From: a virus
Lineage: Duplodnaviria; Caudoviricetes
IMG/VR virus record: IMGVR_UViG_3300021962_000100
Coordinates: 1 to 62,919 of that record
DNA: 62,919 nucleotides
Direction: 5' to 3' (one strand)
A program made the translations under genes and the position numbers. A model generated the notes under the pieces. The model made no database searches. It had not been told where the DNA came from and saw nothing but the letters and a program-made list of their open reading frames with translations. Below, one piece after another: positions 19,601-29,446 of this stretch. Each line of letters begins with the position of its first letter. Position 1 is the first letter of the stretch.

Positions 19601-22021
19601 ATACGCATTTAAAGCAGTATTAAATGCTGGAATAGGACCAACTACAGGAAGTGTTAATGCCGTTTCAGCTAGCGAATTTAACTGTAGACCAGTAGTTGTG
19701 GTTACAGTACCTGGAACAGGACCCGTAAATTGTAAACCATAGTTTGGTGAAAAATTACCTGCCGGATAATTAATTTTTAATTCACCTAAAGCTTTTATCA
19801 ATGCGTTGATTACACCATTTGCTAATGCAAAGGCAACAACCTTATTACTCATTAATTTAAACTTAGGATGCTTATTTGGTTCTATAAAATATTGCAATGC
19901 TTCTCCCTGTACACTTCCATATATTTTTACTTCTGATGTAGATAAGTAAGGATTAATAAAACTTGTATCAGGTGAGTGGAAAGAAATAATATCTAATGGA
20001 ATATTTTGATTTAGTTTATCACCATCATTATCAGTTTTAGTAATAAATGGATCATTGTATTGATAGTTAGCAAATGCTGGGATACTTGTATTATTTAATG
20101 CAGGAACAATAGTATTAAATGGATAGTTAGCATATAATCCTACAATGCCTGAATTTTCAGCACTACCTCTTGGGCTATAGTCACGGAAATTATTAATCAT
20201 TCCTTTAGCCAAGATACTTTTATTACCGTGTCTTGATCCTCTTAATATTTCATAACCTACAATACCGGGGATGTCTTTACCATCATTATCTTTTGGAAAG
20301 ATGATATTTTTAAATTGAACACCCATCAGTCTAATATAAAACTTACCATTAGGTTTTTTATAAAAGTGATTAACAGATGGATGTAATGCATTATCAGGGA
20401 ACTTGTGGTGTCTTATCTCTTTACCACATAGATCGTAATTTGTATTACTTGTTTTAGTCCAACAGTATTGAGTTGAGTTCCAAACTTCCGGTTGATTGTC
20501 AGGATAAATTTCTGTTGACTGCCAATAACCCATTTTACCTCTAGACAATATTACTCCACCATCAGGCAAAGGTGTATTGATAGAAGCTTGTAAAACAGAA
20601 GCTGTATTAATACTTTGAAAAAACATGGAATCTCCAGGCAGGGTAGTTCCAGGTACATTAGCATATGGTCCATTTTCTAAGTAACTTGTACCATTATATA
20701 CATAAGAACCTGCGGGTCTTCCTGGAATATGATAAGATGCAGATTTATCACCTGTATCATATACCCAGCGAATAAAAAATGAATATACTTCATCTCTTAA
20801 ATAACCAGCATTTTTACCACCGTCAATATAATATTCTTCTGGGTATTCTACTGAGACCCATTCAGCTTGTATAAGATTTGCTAAAGGTTGATAATTAAAA
20901 TCAAATTTACTAGTTGGGCCGATCCTAAGTAAATAATTATTTACTTCAGCCATTTGTTCTGATTTCTCAAATACAGGATTCTGAAGTAATAACTCTTCTA
21001 CAGGAACAGTTGCAGCTGTCTCAGGTATTTGATCTAGCACAATAGTTTTTATTCTTGTAGAATAATAGCCTACTCTTTTAGCACTTAAGTTTTGATCAAT
21101 AAATCTTATTACAACTAATTCAAATTCATCAAAATGTTCTGAGTCAGCATCAACAGCAATTTCAAAAGACCCTTTCTCATTTACATAATTAAATATAGGT
21201 TGTGTATAACCTGCAGAAAAATAGTTTGTAACCCTTTGTCTATTAATTGTATACGCTGCTGTTATTGCATAAGATCCATTTTCTATTACACCTTGTTGTT
21301 CAGAAGTTGTTAAATCCAAACAAGGAGTAATAACTAATGATGCTAATCTTATTTTATCACAATCTAAAATTCCTGGTAAAATAGGAGTACAAATATTACA
21401 GTTAGAACCAGGAATAGGATCACAATTTTCTTGCCACGGAACATTAGGCCAAAGCATGGTATCTCCAGAAGGTCCTGTGTATAAGTTACCATTACCTGTA
21501 AAAACATAATCACTTGGTGGCCATGTTTTAGGATCACCTATATTAAGATATCTATCTGGATTTAGTCCATCAGCCCAATATACTTGCCAAGTACAATCAT
21601 CTTTTAATTTTGATGCTCCAGTAATTAAGTCATGTTTAGTAAAGTTTAAACAGTTATCAATTACTATAGGTCTATATTTACAAAGATCAGATTCAAATAA
21701 ACCTATCTCTGAGTTAATTGGTTTCTCATCTAATGAGTTATATCCAACACTATATATAATCCATTTATCACTAAACAAATGTATAGCACCAATTATATAA
21801 ACATATGGTGCATTCATTTTAGTACCCGTTTGAGCACACAGAGCATTTGACTCTTCATTAGATAAAGTACCTAAATCCCCTTCTGCCGTATTATTAACAG
21901 CATTGCGGGCATGTGTCCACATACCTTCCTGTACAAATAATGGATCAGCATCTTTATTTAATCCCTTAATAAAAGAATTAGTTTGTACTTGTGAAGTTTC
22001 TTGACCTTGCTTCTTTGCCAT
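16625..22021 (-). CDS. Tail stabilisation / muzzle-like protein
   Basis: 1798-aa beta-rich protein. N-terminal FIKGLNKD...ARNAVN and C-terminal WTVSYD...WISFHDWHP motifs and its position after the ring genes fit crAss-like tail stabilisers. Confidence 0.75.
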   Translation of the reverse strand: MAKKQGQETSQVQTNSFIKGLNKDADPLFVQEGMWTHARNAVNNTAEGDLGTLSNEESNALCAQTGTKMNAPYVYIIGAIHLFSDKWIIYSVGYNSLDEKPINSEIGLFESDLCKYRPIVIDNCLNFTKHDLITGASKLKDDCTWQVYWADGLNPDRYLNIGDPKTWPPSDYVFTGNGNLYTGPSGDTMLWPNVPWQENCDPIPGSNCNICTPILPGILDCDKIRLASLVITPCLDLTTSEQQGVIENGSYAITAAYTINRQRVTNYFSAGYTQPIFNYVNEKGSFEIAVDADSEHFDEFELVVIRFIDQNLSAKRVGYYSTRIKTIVLDQIPETAATVPVEELLLQNPVFEKSEQMAEVNNYLLRIGPTSKFDFNYQPLANLIQAEWVSVEYPEEYYIDGGKNAGYLRDEVYSFFIRWVYDTGDKSASYHIPGRPAGSYVYNGTSYLENGPYANVPGTTLPGDSMFFQSINTASVLQASINTPLPDGGVILSRGKMGYWQSTEIYPDNQPEVWNSTQYCWTKTSNTNYDLCGKEIRHHKFPDNALHPSVNHFYKKPNGKFYIRLMGVQFKNIIFPKDNDGKDIPGIVGYEILRGSRHGNKSILAKGMINNFRDYSPRGSAENSGIVGLYANYPFNTIVPALNNTSIPAFANYQYNDPFITKTDNDGDKLNQNIPLDIISFHSPDTSFINPYLSTSEVKIYGSVQGEALQYFIEPNKHPKFKLMSNKVVAFALANGVINALIKALGELKINYPAGNFSPNYGLQFTGPVPGTVTTTTGLQLNSLAETALTLPVVGPIPAFNTALNAYTNAGGPIAEAFTGGVSLSSIFENAQDGVSSTGHYYTLPQYDKTYSGYELLGPSISGYLNTITTGGQLFYYFIEGTQQAVDTLYAVIKKRQYALELVGHGDYNKFVIPNNSQDKRFVMEEGQYIFDQLQSLTEYVDSSGVNRKYRVNNIKRPKLVVLRTKRGDTAGTTSGPHFLLNANGRSVDQSLMTLGYAIDTFNPIANIPGASNFTPNKVNWTENGKTKNFINKIASHYVGLKYRIENQYGQLDTVQQIVATPCEQKLDYNITTGPNSVQTLSFGSTCGFSNFIQNKTETPTMFGGDTYVNRFTEKNIMHFFYDTLYDVPDNIEWNYFLNQMIPEPKFKVNSQPWDISEFNISNLFSLFSNNPNYGNGLLPGSYYDLDNVYFNKQTNLSLLYPGFIGVRNSYFYTSANGVRDFFVESEVLVDFRDPGTLTWQQPYNKYNYTNLDVLFDSNPEILTKGNYYAYDYSLSASRFLFNQYFTAGILQGTSYNPNVAELCYVSYPNRINYSLQQQETSNVDAWLTFLPLNMVEFKSKLSSVKSFAKTGLFITFENDSPIIYQGVDTLQLDDSGTKVTVGDAGIFAQAPQNVVVAERPYEYGSSQNKYAVVSTPAGLYYISQNQGKVFSFQNGLKEISQDGMKWWFSEFLPYKLLEEFPNYPHTDNPVAGISCTASYDNDNSVLYFSKRDFRLKEKYRGQTTYIQSIDKFQYQNGNGLVVKFKLGDPTYFDDASWTVSYDPKLQFWISFHDWHPNFYVPSKGTFLTTKNNGIWKHNAFCNDYCNFYGVQHPFEIELPVPTGQMVNTIKSIEYYLECYRRDKNLCVDQFHVLDYNFDHAVIHNSDQVSGYLNLNIYPKNDIGLSLQFPKLAPNLASYDILYSKEEHKYRINQFWDITKNRGEFPIGSPYPPNPGPYLPSPDSTVLLGNYDERNIWITEPNGYIKNLNQLNLDYSKPELQRKKFRHYINFIKLSKSNSRDTNMVLKIINTKTQHSPR

Positions 22022-23079
22022 TATACTACTCTTAAGTTATTATAGTTTCTATAATATGGGTTATTAGGGGAATAACTTTCAAACATATAGTAATACTTGC
22101 CATACATTGCTTTTCTGTTTGCTTGCCACATTTGTTCAAGCTCTTTAAAGTTTGGAGTATTTACTACACTTAATGCATTATTTCTTGCTGCCTTAACTCT
22201 TTGTTCTATTAATTGCAATCTTTGCATTACATCCTCTCCATTCATATAAAGATTTTCAAGAATACGTGCCTTTAGTGCATACTCATAATATTCATTAAGT
22301 AAGTCATGATCTGGAACAAGAAGGTTTCCATCTTCATCTTCCATTTGACCTTGATAGTTTAAATACACTTTTCCTGTCTGAAAAGTAGTAAATAAAAACC
22401 CACCTTTGATCCATCCTTGATTTGCTGTATTCCAATAAAGATTTGGACAGTCACATTCTATTTCTTGACTGGCTTTCATTTGTAACGGAATTAAAGCAGT
22501 GTAAACACGTGTTGTTCCAGAATTATTTATAACTTGAATTAATTCCCATTTCTCACCTTTACAGTTCATAAAGACTCTAGGTCTTGTACAAACATCTCCA
22601 TAAGGAGCATTTGGATCATAGGCATCAGGAATAACTGATGGAGTACAAGTTGTAGGACAAGTATTATTTGGACATGCTGCTGTATGGTTGCATGGATTAG
22701 CATTACATACTGAACAATTTACAGTTGCTGGTGCACATACATCTACAGTAGATGGAGTTTCTACATACTGAATTTCTTGCATATTAGTTCCAGATGCCCA
22801 TCCATCATAACCTAAATGTTCTACATATTCGCCACAAATAAATGCAAAGTTAAATGTGTAAAAATCATCTGGAAGTTTAACCTTACCATGACACACATCA
22901 AGTATTACTTCTTTTTGCTGATTGATTCTTAAACCAAGATCATAGTTAATTTTCTTAGCAAGTTTAATTAACTGTTGGGGCTCTATCATATTTTCAAGAG
23001 CAAACGTATTTAAATCAATTGTTACATCTTCTAACAATTGGTCAAACGTTCTATATTTGAGTGTGTAATTAAAGTCCAT
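22021..23079 (-). CDS. Tail tubular/ring protein with Cys-rich insertion
   Basis: 352 aa. FTTFQTGKVYLNYQG...DEDGNLLVPD motif typical of crAss-like ring (P22 gp4-like) proteins, directly upstream of the stabiliser. Confidence 0.7.
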   Translation of the reverse strand: MDFNYTLKYRTFDQLLEDVTIDLNTFALENMIEPQQLIKLAKKINYDLGLRINQQKEVILDVCHGKVKLPDDFYTFNFAFICGEYVEHLGYDGWASGTNMQEIQYVETPSTVDVCAPATVNCSVCNANPCNHTAACPNNTCPTTCTPSVIPDAYDPNAPYGDVCTRPRVFMNCKGEKWELIQVINNSGTTRVYTALIPLQMKASQEIECDCPNLYWNTANQGWIKGGFLFTTFQTGKVYLNYQGQMEDEDGNLLVPDHDLLNEYYEYALKARILENLYMNGEDVMQRLQLIEQRVKAARNNALSVVNTPNFKELEQMWQANRKAMYGKYYYMFESYSPNNPYYRNYNNLRVV

Positions 23080-23741
23080 TATCTAAGTAAATTTTGACTA
23101 TCATCAGAAATATCAGTAGCTATTTGTAATGATATAGTTAGTTCTTTAACAGCAAACTGTTCAATTTCAGAAAATAAATATTCCGGAAATGGCAGCGGCT
23201 GATCTTGTTTTATTAAACAATCATCTGTAGTACATGTGTCTGCCTGTCCTTCAAAAATTGCTTCAGCTCTTACAGCTTCCCAGTCAATATTTGGAAAATA
23301 TAAATAACCATTTAAATACCAGAAATATCTATTCTTATTATACTTAAAGGTTGTAGTTTTAGTCATAGAAACCCAAGTACCAGGATCTGTACGGAAAAGC
23401 TCAATAGTACCATCTATTGAAGATACAGTACGTATAATAGGACCAAATACTCCATCTAAAATTGTAGGAAGTTTTTCTTTTGATCTTTTAAAATAACATC
23501 CAGAGTATACACCAACACAACCAGCTTCTACTTTGTCTACATCAATAAGTTCAATGTAAGGTAGTACTTGGAATATAGAACTAATCTTCATTAGTCTAAA
23601 CTGATTGTCTTCCCTCTTTAAAAGAGTTTGACCGTATTTAGTAAGTAAAAAATATATATTCCTATCGGTTAGGAATGCATCTTCTTTTACACCTTTTAAA
23701 GTAGTTCTGACTCTTGATATTGCTTCCCCAATTGTTGTCAT
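23079..23741 (-). CDS. Putative tail ring protein
   Basis: 220 aa. MTTIGEAISRVR...YFWYLNGYLY...PFPEYL pattern and synteny. Confidence 0.6.
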   Translation of the reverse strand: MTTIGEAISRVRTTLKGVKEDAFLTDRNIYFLLTKYGQTLLKREDNQFRLMKISSIFQVLPYIELIDVDKVEAGCVGVYSGCYFKRSKEKLPTILDGVFGPIIRTVSSIDGTIELFRTDPGTWVSMTKTTTFKYNKNRYFWYLNGYLYFPNIDWEAVRAEAIFEGQADTCTTDDCLIKQDQPLPFPEYLFSEIEQFAVKELTISLQIATDISDDSQNLLR

Positions 23742-24319
23742 AGATCAAATTCATTATAGCTTTTTAAAGCATGGTTTTGTTTATTTTTTGCAATATCTTG
23801 AAGTATTGCTTTTTGATATGTCTGCCTAAGTTTAGTAGTAGAATTAACTACAACATACATATTCCAATTTTCCGGATAGTTTTTAGAAACTGATCTTTTA
23901 AAATCTCTACATGCAACAAAACTCCAAAATTCTCTATTCTTCATTTTATGTTTTGGTGCATTGCTTGTAAAAAATATTTTAGCTAGCTTGCCATCAGTAT
24001 TAAAGTTGTTATTATTTACTGTCACACCATACTTATTTGACTTAGCATAATCAACATTTATCTTCTTACTTTTTTGACAAGTACCAATAAAAAGCCATCC
24101 AATAGTTTCAGGTAACTGAACACCATCTCTTTTCTCTATAACTGTGGTATACAGCAACTTATTAAAAGCTTTAATTATATTTCTCAATTCCATATTAGTA
24201 TAATCTTTATACTTAGGATGTTTCTTTTTAAAACTATCAAAGAACTTTTTATTCAATACACTATGCACGTCAGGTCTATACCTTGGTGCGGTTAAATCAG
24301 GTTTTTTAAATTCCTTCAT
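23738..24319 (-). CDS. HU/IHF-like DNA-binding protein
   Basis: Basic 193 aa with helix-helix then GVQLPETIGWLFI strands. IHF-like genes sit here in crAss-like phages. Confidence 0.55.
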   Translation of the reverse strand: MKEFKKPDLTAPRYRPDVHSVLNKKFFDSFKKKHPKYKDYTNMELRNIIKAFNKLLYTTVIEKRDGVQLPETIGWLFIGTCQKSKKINVDYAKSNKYGVTVNNNNFNTDGKLAKIFFTSNAPKHKMKNREFWSFVACRDFKRSVSKNYPENWNMYVVVNSTTKLRQTYQKAILQDIAKNKQNHALKSYNEFDL

Positions 24320-24330
24320 ACTATATAGAT

Positions 24331-24365
24331 TAATATACTAAAAATAACTCACTTTAGCAAATATA
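24331..24365 (-). promoter_or_regulatory. Putative tandem promoter elements (GTATATTA class and host-like TATATTTG)
   Basis: Plus-strand TAATATAC at 24331 and CAAATATA at 24358, between a terminator and the ATG at 24319. Confidence 0.5.
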
Positions 24366-24370
24366 CACAT

Positions 24371-24401
24371 AAAACAAAACCCCCGCGAGTGCAGGGGCTT
24401 T
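24371..24401 (-). terminator. Intrinsic terminator
   Basis: CCCC-GC-GAGT-GC-A-GGGG hairpin with an A-rich tract on its left (U-tract on minus). Confidence 0.6.
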
Positions 24402-24437
24402 GCCTTGTTGTCACAGAAACCAACAAACTGTAACTTC

Positions 24438-24983
24438 TTAAAATATAATTACAACCCTTACCCTCACAGGAGGATCTATTGGTGTTTGATTTAAAGTAAT
24501 TAATATGTCTCCTGTAGTATCATCTGTTGATGCATCCCAAGTTCCATTTGTACTATATGGTTGAATAAGTCTCCAGGTAGTTCCTGCAAGGTACCATATA
24601 TTTAAAACAAAATCTGAAAATTCAGAACCATCCTCACTACATAATGATGGATCTACACCACAAGCAATAAGTTCTGCTCTTGTAACAGAAAGAATATCAC
24701 CATCCAAATTTGAAGTAAATTCTTTTACAAATCTTAATTTCTTTGTTTGATTATCACAGAAATAAGTAACTACATTGTTTAATGCATCTGCTAAAGTTGT
24801 ATCTGTTGCTACAACAGTATCTGATCCACAATCAATAGCTGCACCAGTATAGACTGTACATTGTGCATCAGTAACAGTATAACATGGTTCCGGATCAGGA
24901 CATGCTGCTGGTGTAGGACATGGTGCTGGACTAGTTAAAAAACTATCTTCACACCCACAGTTAGAACATTTATTTATTGACAT
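24438..24983 (-). CDS. Short fibre/decoration protein with Cys-rich N-terminal anchor module
   Basis: 181 aa. N-terminus is homologous to that of the collagen-like protein (CPTP..CP...C..VTDA.C.VYTG). Confidence 0.5.
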   Translation of the reverse strand: MSINKCSNCGCEDSFLTSPAPCPTPAACPDPEPCYTVTDAQCTVYTGAAIDCGSDTVVATDTTLADALNNVVTYFCDNQTKKLRFVKEFTSNLDGDILSVTRAELIACGVDPSLCSEDGSEFSDFVLNIWYLAGTTWRLIQPYSTNGTWDASTDDTTGDILITLNQTPIDPPVRVRVVIIF

Positions 24984-24994
24984 ATCTTATAGTA

Positions 24995-26653
24995 TTATGG
25001 GCAAACAGCTGAGAATCCGGTTTCAGTATTACAATGACCTAAGTATCCTATTAAACCATCAAGAGTAAAATAAAATCCACCAATTTGGTTTTCATCTCCA
25101 GCATCACAAGAAAATGGCCATGTCAAATTAAATGTATCTGAAAGCAATGGAAAATTTGCATTAGAAGGAGCATTGTGAATATCTGTTCCACTACCAATGT
25201 AGTTAGGAAGATACTCTCCTGATCTAACATTACTTGTAATCAATCTTAATGGAGAGTTTCCTTGAATTCCGCTACCTCTTGTTGTACTAATTTCTACATC
25301 ATGTACAACTTGAACTGTAAGTGCTTTTGTTGAAGTAATACTAACTCTAATTGCAGATGTTAAACATGTACCATAAGTTGGATCAACATCAATAGGTCTA
25401 AGAGCAGTATCCCAAGCTTTATAATAAGTAGCATCTAAGTTTGCTGCTGTAACAGAAGAAGGAATAACAGAACCACCATTGTTAAATGAAATAGCACCAT
25501 TAGCATTAATAGAACAACCACCAACACCACTCCAAGTTGTACAACCAGAGATTGAATTATATGCAGAAGTAGATGATAAAGTAACAACACTTCCAGGAGA
25601 AGATGGATTTTCTAATGGAACATAAACAGTTCCTCTAAAGTGAATTTGATTTCCAATTCTTCTACACTGTGGTTTTGTTACTCCTGAATAATATGCAAAT
25701 CCTTCAAGATCTACCCAACCAGTATCTGTAATATTTGCTGTAACATTAAATGCAGGCCCTGAGGAAACTGATAAATTTACTGTAGCTGTATCTGAAACTG
25801 TAACTTCAACTGTTTGTGCATATTGATATACATCACAAAGTGCTACCCAAAGATTATTGATTGCATCTGCTACAGTAGCATAAGATCCTGCTTGTATCCA
25901 ATTTGAATTTGTAGAAAATGCAGTTCCTGTTGTTAATTGTAAATCTGTATCATCAATACAAATTGCAGAAATAGCAGAAATTAAATCTGATGTAGTTCCA
26001 GTAGTTGAATAATATGAACACCATATATCATTAATAAATGCCTCTAATACAACATCAATATCTTGAGTAGTACCAATGTTTAAAGAACCAATTGTACAAT
26101 CTAATGTAAATGATGGTAAAACTAATGTAGGAACTGGAGCGGCTTCTAGTGCTGTAACTCTTACTTCTAAATCTAATATGTTAGAATTTATTTCAGTAAT
26201 TTCTGTTACTAATGAACATACTTTAGTTCCGATTGCTTGTGCATATTCTGAAACAGTCATTACAGTAACTCTATCTACTATAAAGCAATCTGCTACTGTT
26301 ACTAATGTGTCAGCACTTGCTGACTTTGTAGAACCTGTAGTAAGTGGACTTGTAGCAGGATCTGATACAGTAGTTACTTCATTTTGTAAAGTACAAATTT
26401 GCTCAATCAAAAATTGTATAAGTGCTTGAAAATCATTTGGACCACAAGCAGTTAGATTGAAACATGAAAGATCATAGTTAGTTACATTTAATGTATCTAA
26501 CACTGCACATAATTCTGTTGCAAGTTTAAATATAACATCTGAAATTGTATCACCTGCGCACAGTTTGATACAAGGGATATCTGGTCCTTGCCAAATCACA
26601 CAGTTACTGGAGATTGGACTACAAGGTGAGTTATCATAATTAAGTGGCTTCAT
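24995..26653 (-). CDS. Putative tail fibre protein
   Basis: 552 aa. Cys-containing N-terminus, coiled-coil (ITEINSNILDLEVRVTALE), DTGWVDL...CRRIGNQIHFRG fibre-type domain. Confidence 0.6.
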   Translation of the reverse strand: MKPLNYDNSPCSPISSNCVIWQGPDIPCIKLCAGDTISDVIFKLATELCAVLDTLNVTNYDLSCFNLTACGPNDFQALIQFLIEQICTLQNEVTTVSDPATSPLTTGSTKSASADTLVTVADCFIVDRVTVMTVSEYAQAIGTKVCSLVTEITEINSNILDLEVRVTALEAAPVPTLVLPSFTLDCTIGSLNIGTTQDIDVVLEAFINDIWCSYYSTTGTTSDLISAISAICIDDTDLQLTTGTAFSTNSNWIQAGSYATVADAINNLWVALCDVYQYAQTVEVTVSDTATVNLSVSSGPAFNVTANITDTGWVDLEGFAYYSGVTKPQCRRIGNQIHFRGTVYVPLENPSSPGSVVTLSSTSAYNSISGCTTWSGVGGCSINANGAISFNNGGSVIPSSVTAANLDATYYKAWDTALRPIDVDPTYGTCLTSAIRVSITSTKALTVQVVHDVEISTTRGSGIQGNSPLRLITSNVRSGEYLPNYIGSGTDIHNAPSNANFPLLSDTFNLTWPFSCDAGDENQIGGFYFTLDGLIGYLGHCNTETGFSAVCP

Positions 26654-26666
26654 ATTTCTTCTATTA

Positions 26667-26682
26667 CTATAATATACAAAAA
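26667..26682 (-). promoter_or_regulatory. Putative late promoter element (TTTTTGTATATTATAG)
   Basis: Near-identical copies at 47729 and 58273, each just upstream of a start codon. Confidence 0.55.
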
Positions 26683-26686
26683 TTTA

Positions 26687-28621
26687 TTAAGATTGGCAAG
26701 TTCTACCAGTGCTTCCACAACCACAGTTACCTCCGCAAGAACCCCCACAATTACATCCAGTATTACATCCACAACTTGGGGTTGCACATGTATAATCTGG
26801 ATTAACTAATGCTTTTAAATCTATTAGTTGTTTTTGAATGATGTACTGTTGATCTTCTTCAGGACAACAATTAGATATACCATATCTTAATTCAAGAACT
26901 TGTTTATATAAAGCTTCTGCAGCTTTACATGAAATTTCTTCATATTTCCAAGTAGAACAATATGGTGTGTTGTATCCTGGCTTTAACGATCTTCTTGGAT
27001 AAATAGGAGGAGGACATGTATGAACATCACCATCTAATGTACAATCCCCAAAATATTCTACATAATCTGTAGGATAAGATGTAAGCCAGTGAGCCATACA
27101 TATTCTTTCTGATCTTTGACCTGAAAGTAATGTAATTGTTTGAACAGTACCTTCACAGTCTAGATAGTCATAATTATGACTAACAGTATCATGGTTTTTA
27201 ACTCTTGAGCATATACAAGGAAAACTTGTAAGACAGTCTTCACATGTTGTAAATGAGTTTGCTATATCTCCAAGAATTCCTGCTCCAACACTTGTCATTG
27301 CAACACTGACTCTCCAGCATGTTGTAGGACACCACTCAAGAATAATAATCTCTGTTACATATTCTGAAAGATCAGTTGAAGTAATTATACTAGTTTCAAT
27401 ACCATTACAATCTGTAAGCTCATAATAAGTTGTTTTACAAGCTTCACAATCATCATATGCAACTGAAACTGAAGTAGGAACATCTGATGGAATTGGATCT
27501 GGATATTCTTCAACAATCCAACATCCCGGACAGTCTGGATTTAATTCAACAACTTGTCCTACATAAGCACTGAGGTCAGATGATGTATAAATTATTGTAC
27601 CTAAATCATCACAATTAGTTAGTAAATAATTTGGATTAGGATTACATGAAGTACAATCATCATATGCTTGTAAAACAACTACATCAATAGCACAATCACA
27701 ATCTACTACACTATTAACTATCCAACAGTTATCATATCCATCTATTTGTACAACTTGACCAAGAATTGCATATTGACCAAGAGATTGAGCTGTTGTATAA
27801 ATTGGATCTAATACATCAGCACAATCAAATAATTCATAACATGGAGTTGGACATAAACCATCTACACATTGACCACCATCTATTACAGTATAACTAGAAG
27901 GAACTTGCGGATATACTAAAGAGCATCCTTTCCAATACCCACTGATTGTAGTAGATACTACTACACCATCACAGTCAATATAATATAATTTACCTGAACC
28001 AGTAATTTCATAACAAGTACAATCACATGAACAAGGAAGATCTCCATCAACTGCAACTGTAATTGGATTACTAGGATCTAAATTTGTATCAACAGACCAA
28101 TTAACTACATAGTAACAATCAAATCCTAAATCTGCATCAACTTCTATTGAAGCATAACCATTTACATATGCTGATAAATCTGTATCTGTTACAGTAGGTA
28201 CAAGTGAACTATCACATGGCCAAACAACATATAATGGAGTTGGACATGTAGGACATGTAATTACTTCATCTCCACATGGTGTTTCATATGTAGTAGTACT
28301 ATCCCAAGTATAAACACCACTTCCTGGAAAGTCTGTTGGAACAACATTAAGATTAAGATAGTTAGCCCCAGTAATTGGACTACCTGGATCTGCAGTTGTA
28401 CCAGTAAAGATTCTATAACACTGAACACTTAAACCTACATAACTATCAGTTAAAGGATCATATCCTACTCCTGAAATACCATTGTATATATTTATGCCTG
28501 GTGTAGGTGGATTTGTTGTACCATTAACACTAAAATATAATGTATTTCCACCACAACATGGTTCAAATGCAATCCATGAATTTGATGCGGGTGTTGTAAG
28601 TGTTGTTTTTGGTACTGACAT
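26687..28621 (-). CDS. Cys-rich repeat structural protein
   Basis: 644 aa with four YxLxxC...DLSxY...CW...CxxC repeats and a Cys/Gly-rich tail. Confidence 0.5.
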   Translation of the reverse strand: MSVPKTTLTTPASNSWIAFEPCCGGNTLYFSVNGTTNPPTPGINIYNGISGVGYDPLTDSYVGLSVQCYRIFTGTTADPGSPITGANYLNLNVVPTDFPGSGVYTWDSTTTYETPCGDEVITCPTCPTPLYVVWPCDSSLVPTVTDTDLSAYVNGYASIEVDADLGFDCYYVVNWSVDTNLDPSNPITVAVDGDLPCSCDCTCYEITGSGKLYYIDCDGVVVSTTISGYWKGCSLVYPQVPSSYTVIDGGQCVDGLCPTPCYELFDCADVLDPIYTTAQSLGQYAILGQVVQIDGYDNCWIVNSVVDCDCAIDVVVLQAYDDCTSCNPNPNYLLTNCDDLGTIIYTSSDLSAYVGQVVELNPDCPGCWIVEEYPDPIPSDVPTSVSVAYDDCEACKTTYYELTDCNGIETSIITSTDLSEYVTEIIILEWCPTTCWRVSVAMTSVGAGILGDIANSFTTCEDCLTSFPCICSRVKNHDTVSHNYDYLDCEGTVQTITLLSGQRSERICMAHWLTSYPTDYVEYFGDCTLDGDVHTCPPPIYPRRSLKPGYNTPYCSTWKYEEISCKAAEALYKQVLELRYGISNCCPEEDQQYIIQKQLIDLKALVNPDYTCATPSCGCNTGCNCGGSCGGNCGCGSTGRTCQS

Positions 28622-28627
28622 ATTTAA

Positions 28628-28810
28628 TTATTTATATCTATCTTTTCCCCAAACTTGATTTGTTTGAGATACTGTTGCCATTGTTTTTCTTTGCTTGAGT
28701 CCAGATTCATAAGATGTTAAACATCCTGAACATACTGTTTTACCATCTGATGCTGTTCTCTTCTGACATCCACATGATAATTTCTTTTTGCAGTTTGGGC
28801 AGTTAGCCAT
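28628..28810 (-). CDS. Small Cys-rich (zinc-finger-like) protein
   Basis: 60 aa with CPNC...SCGC...CSGC. Fills the gap between neighbours exactly and has AAAACCAACA upstream. Confidence 0.65.
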   Translation of the reverse strand: MANCPNCKKKLSCGCQKRTASDGKTVCSGCLTSYESGLKQRKTMATVSQTNQVWGKDRYK

Positions 28811-28831
28811 AAGTTGTTGGTTTTAAATAAG

Positions 28832-29374
28832 TTAACAATTAATACAATCCATTTTATTGAGGAGCTTCCAAGCATAATTGTAAAGTGACATTCCTTTCTG
28901 AGGTTCATGACAAAACTCTACTTTAGACTTAGCCGCTTCTAAATACATTTTGATAAGATTAAGTTCTTCTAACTTCTGTTTAATCTTAAATGGCGGATCA
29001 CAATCTGCCACATCTAATCTACAAAGAATATTGTAGTATCTATTTAATGCTTTAGTAATTCTCATATGATTGTATTCTACATATACCACATCATTGGGAG
29101 AAACACTGTATTTAATAATATAAATACCATCTGGAATATCTACATATTCAGTTCCGCAATTTGTTGTTTGCAAACCTAGATCACATGCGGTAATGTTATC
29201 TATGAATCCAGCATTTACATCTAACTGTACAGAATATTGAAAACCGGGAACAGTAATATTTAACTGTTCACATACAACAGGAATTAGATCTGTATAAACA
29301 CTAGTATCCATTACAGTAAGAATACAAGGATTCATTACTGTTGGAACTTCTAAACTTAATACGTGATTTGCCAT
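28832..29374 (-). CDS. Putative tail hub-like structural protein
   Basis: 180 aa, beta-sandwich-like (IPDGIYIIKYSV) then helical C-terminus; synteny. Confidence 0.45.
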   Translation of the reverse strand: MANHVLSLEVPTVMNPCILTVMDTSVYTDLIPVVCEQLNITVPGFQYSVQLDVNAGFIDNITACDLGLQTTNCGTEYVDIPDGIYIIKYSVSPNDVVYVEYNHMRITKALNRYYNILCRLDVADCDPPFKIKQKLEELNLIKMYLEAAKSKVEFCHEPQKGMSLYNYAWKLLNKMDCINC

Positions 29375-29385
29375 AAGTATTTAAT

Positions 29386-29425
29386 AAAAAAAGGGGATAG
29401 GAGTTTGTAACTCTTCTCCCCTTTT
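29386..29425 (-). terminator. Intrinsic terminator (possibly bidirectional)
   Basis: AAAAAAAGGGGA...TCCCCTTTT inverted repeat after the 549-aa gene. Confidence 0.75.
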
Positions 29426-29446
29426 AGATTTTTGAGTTTAGTTATC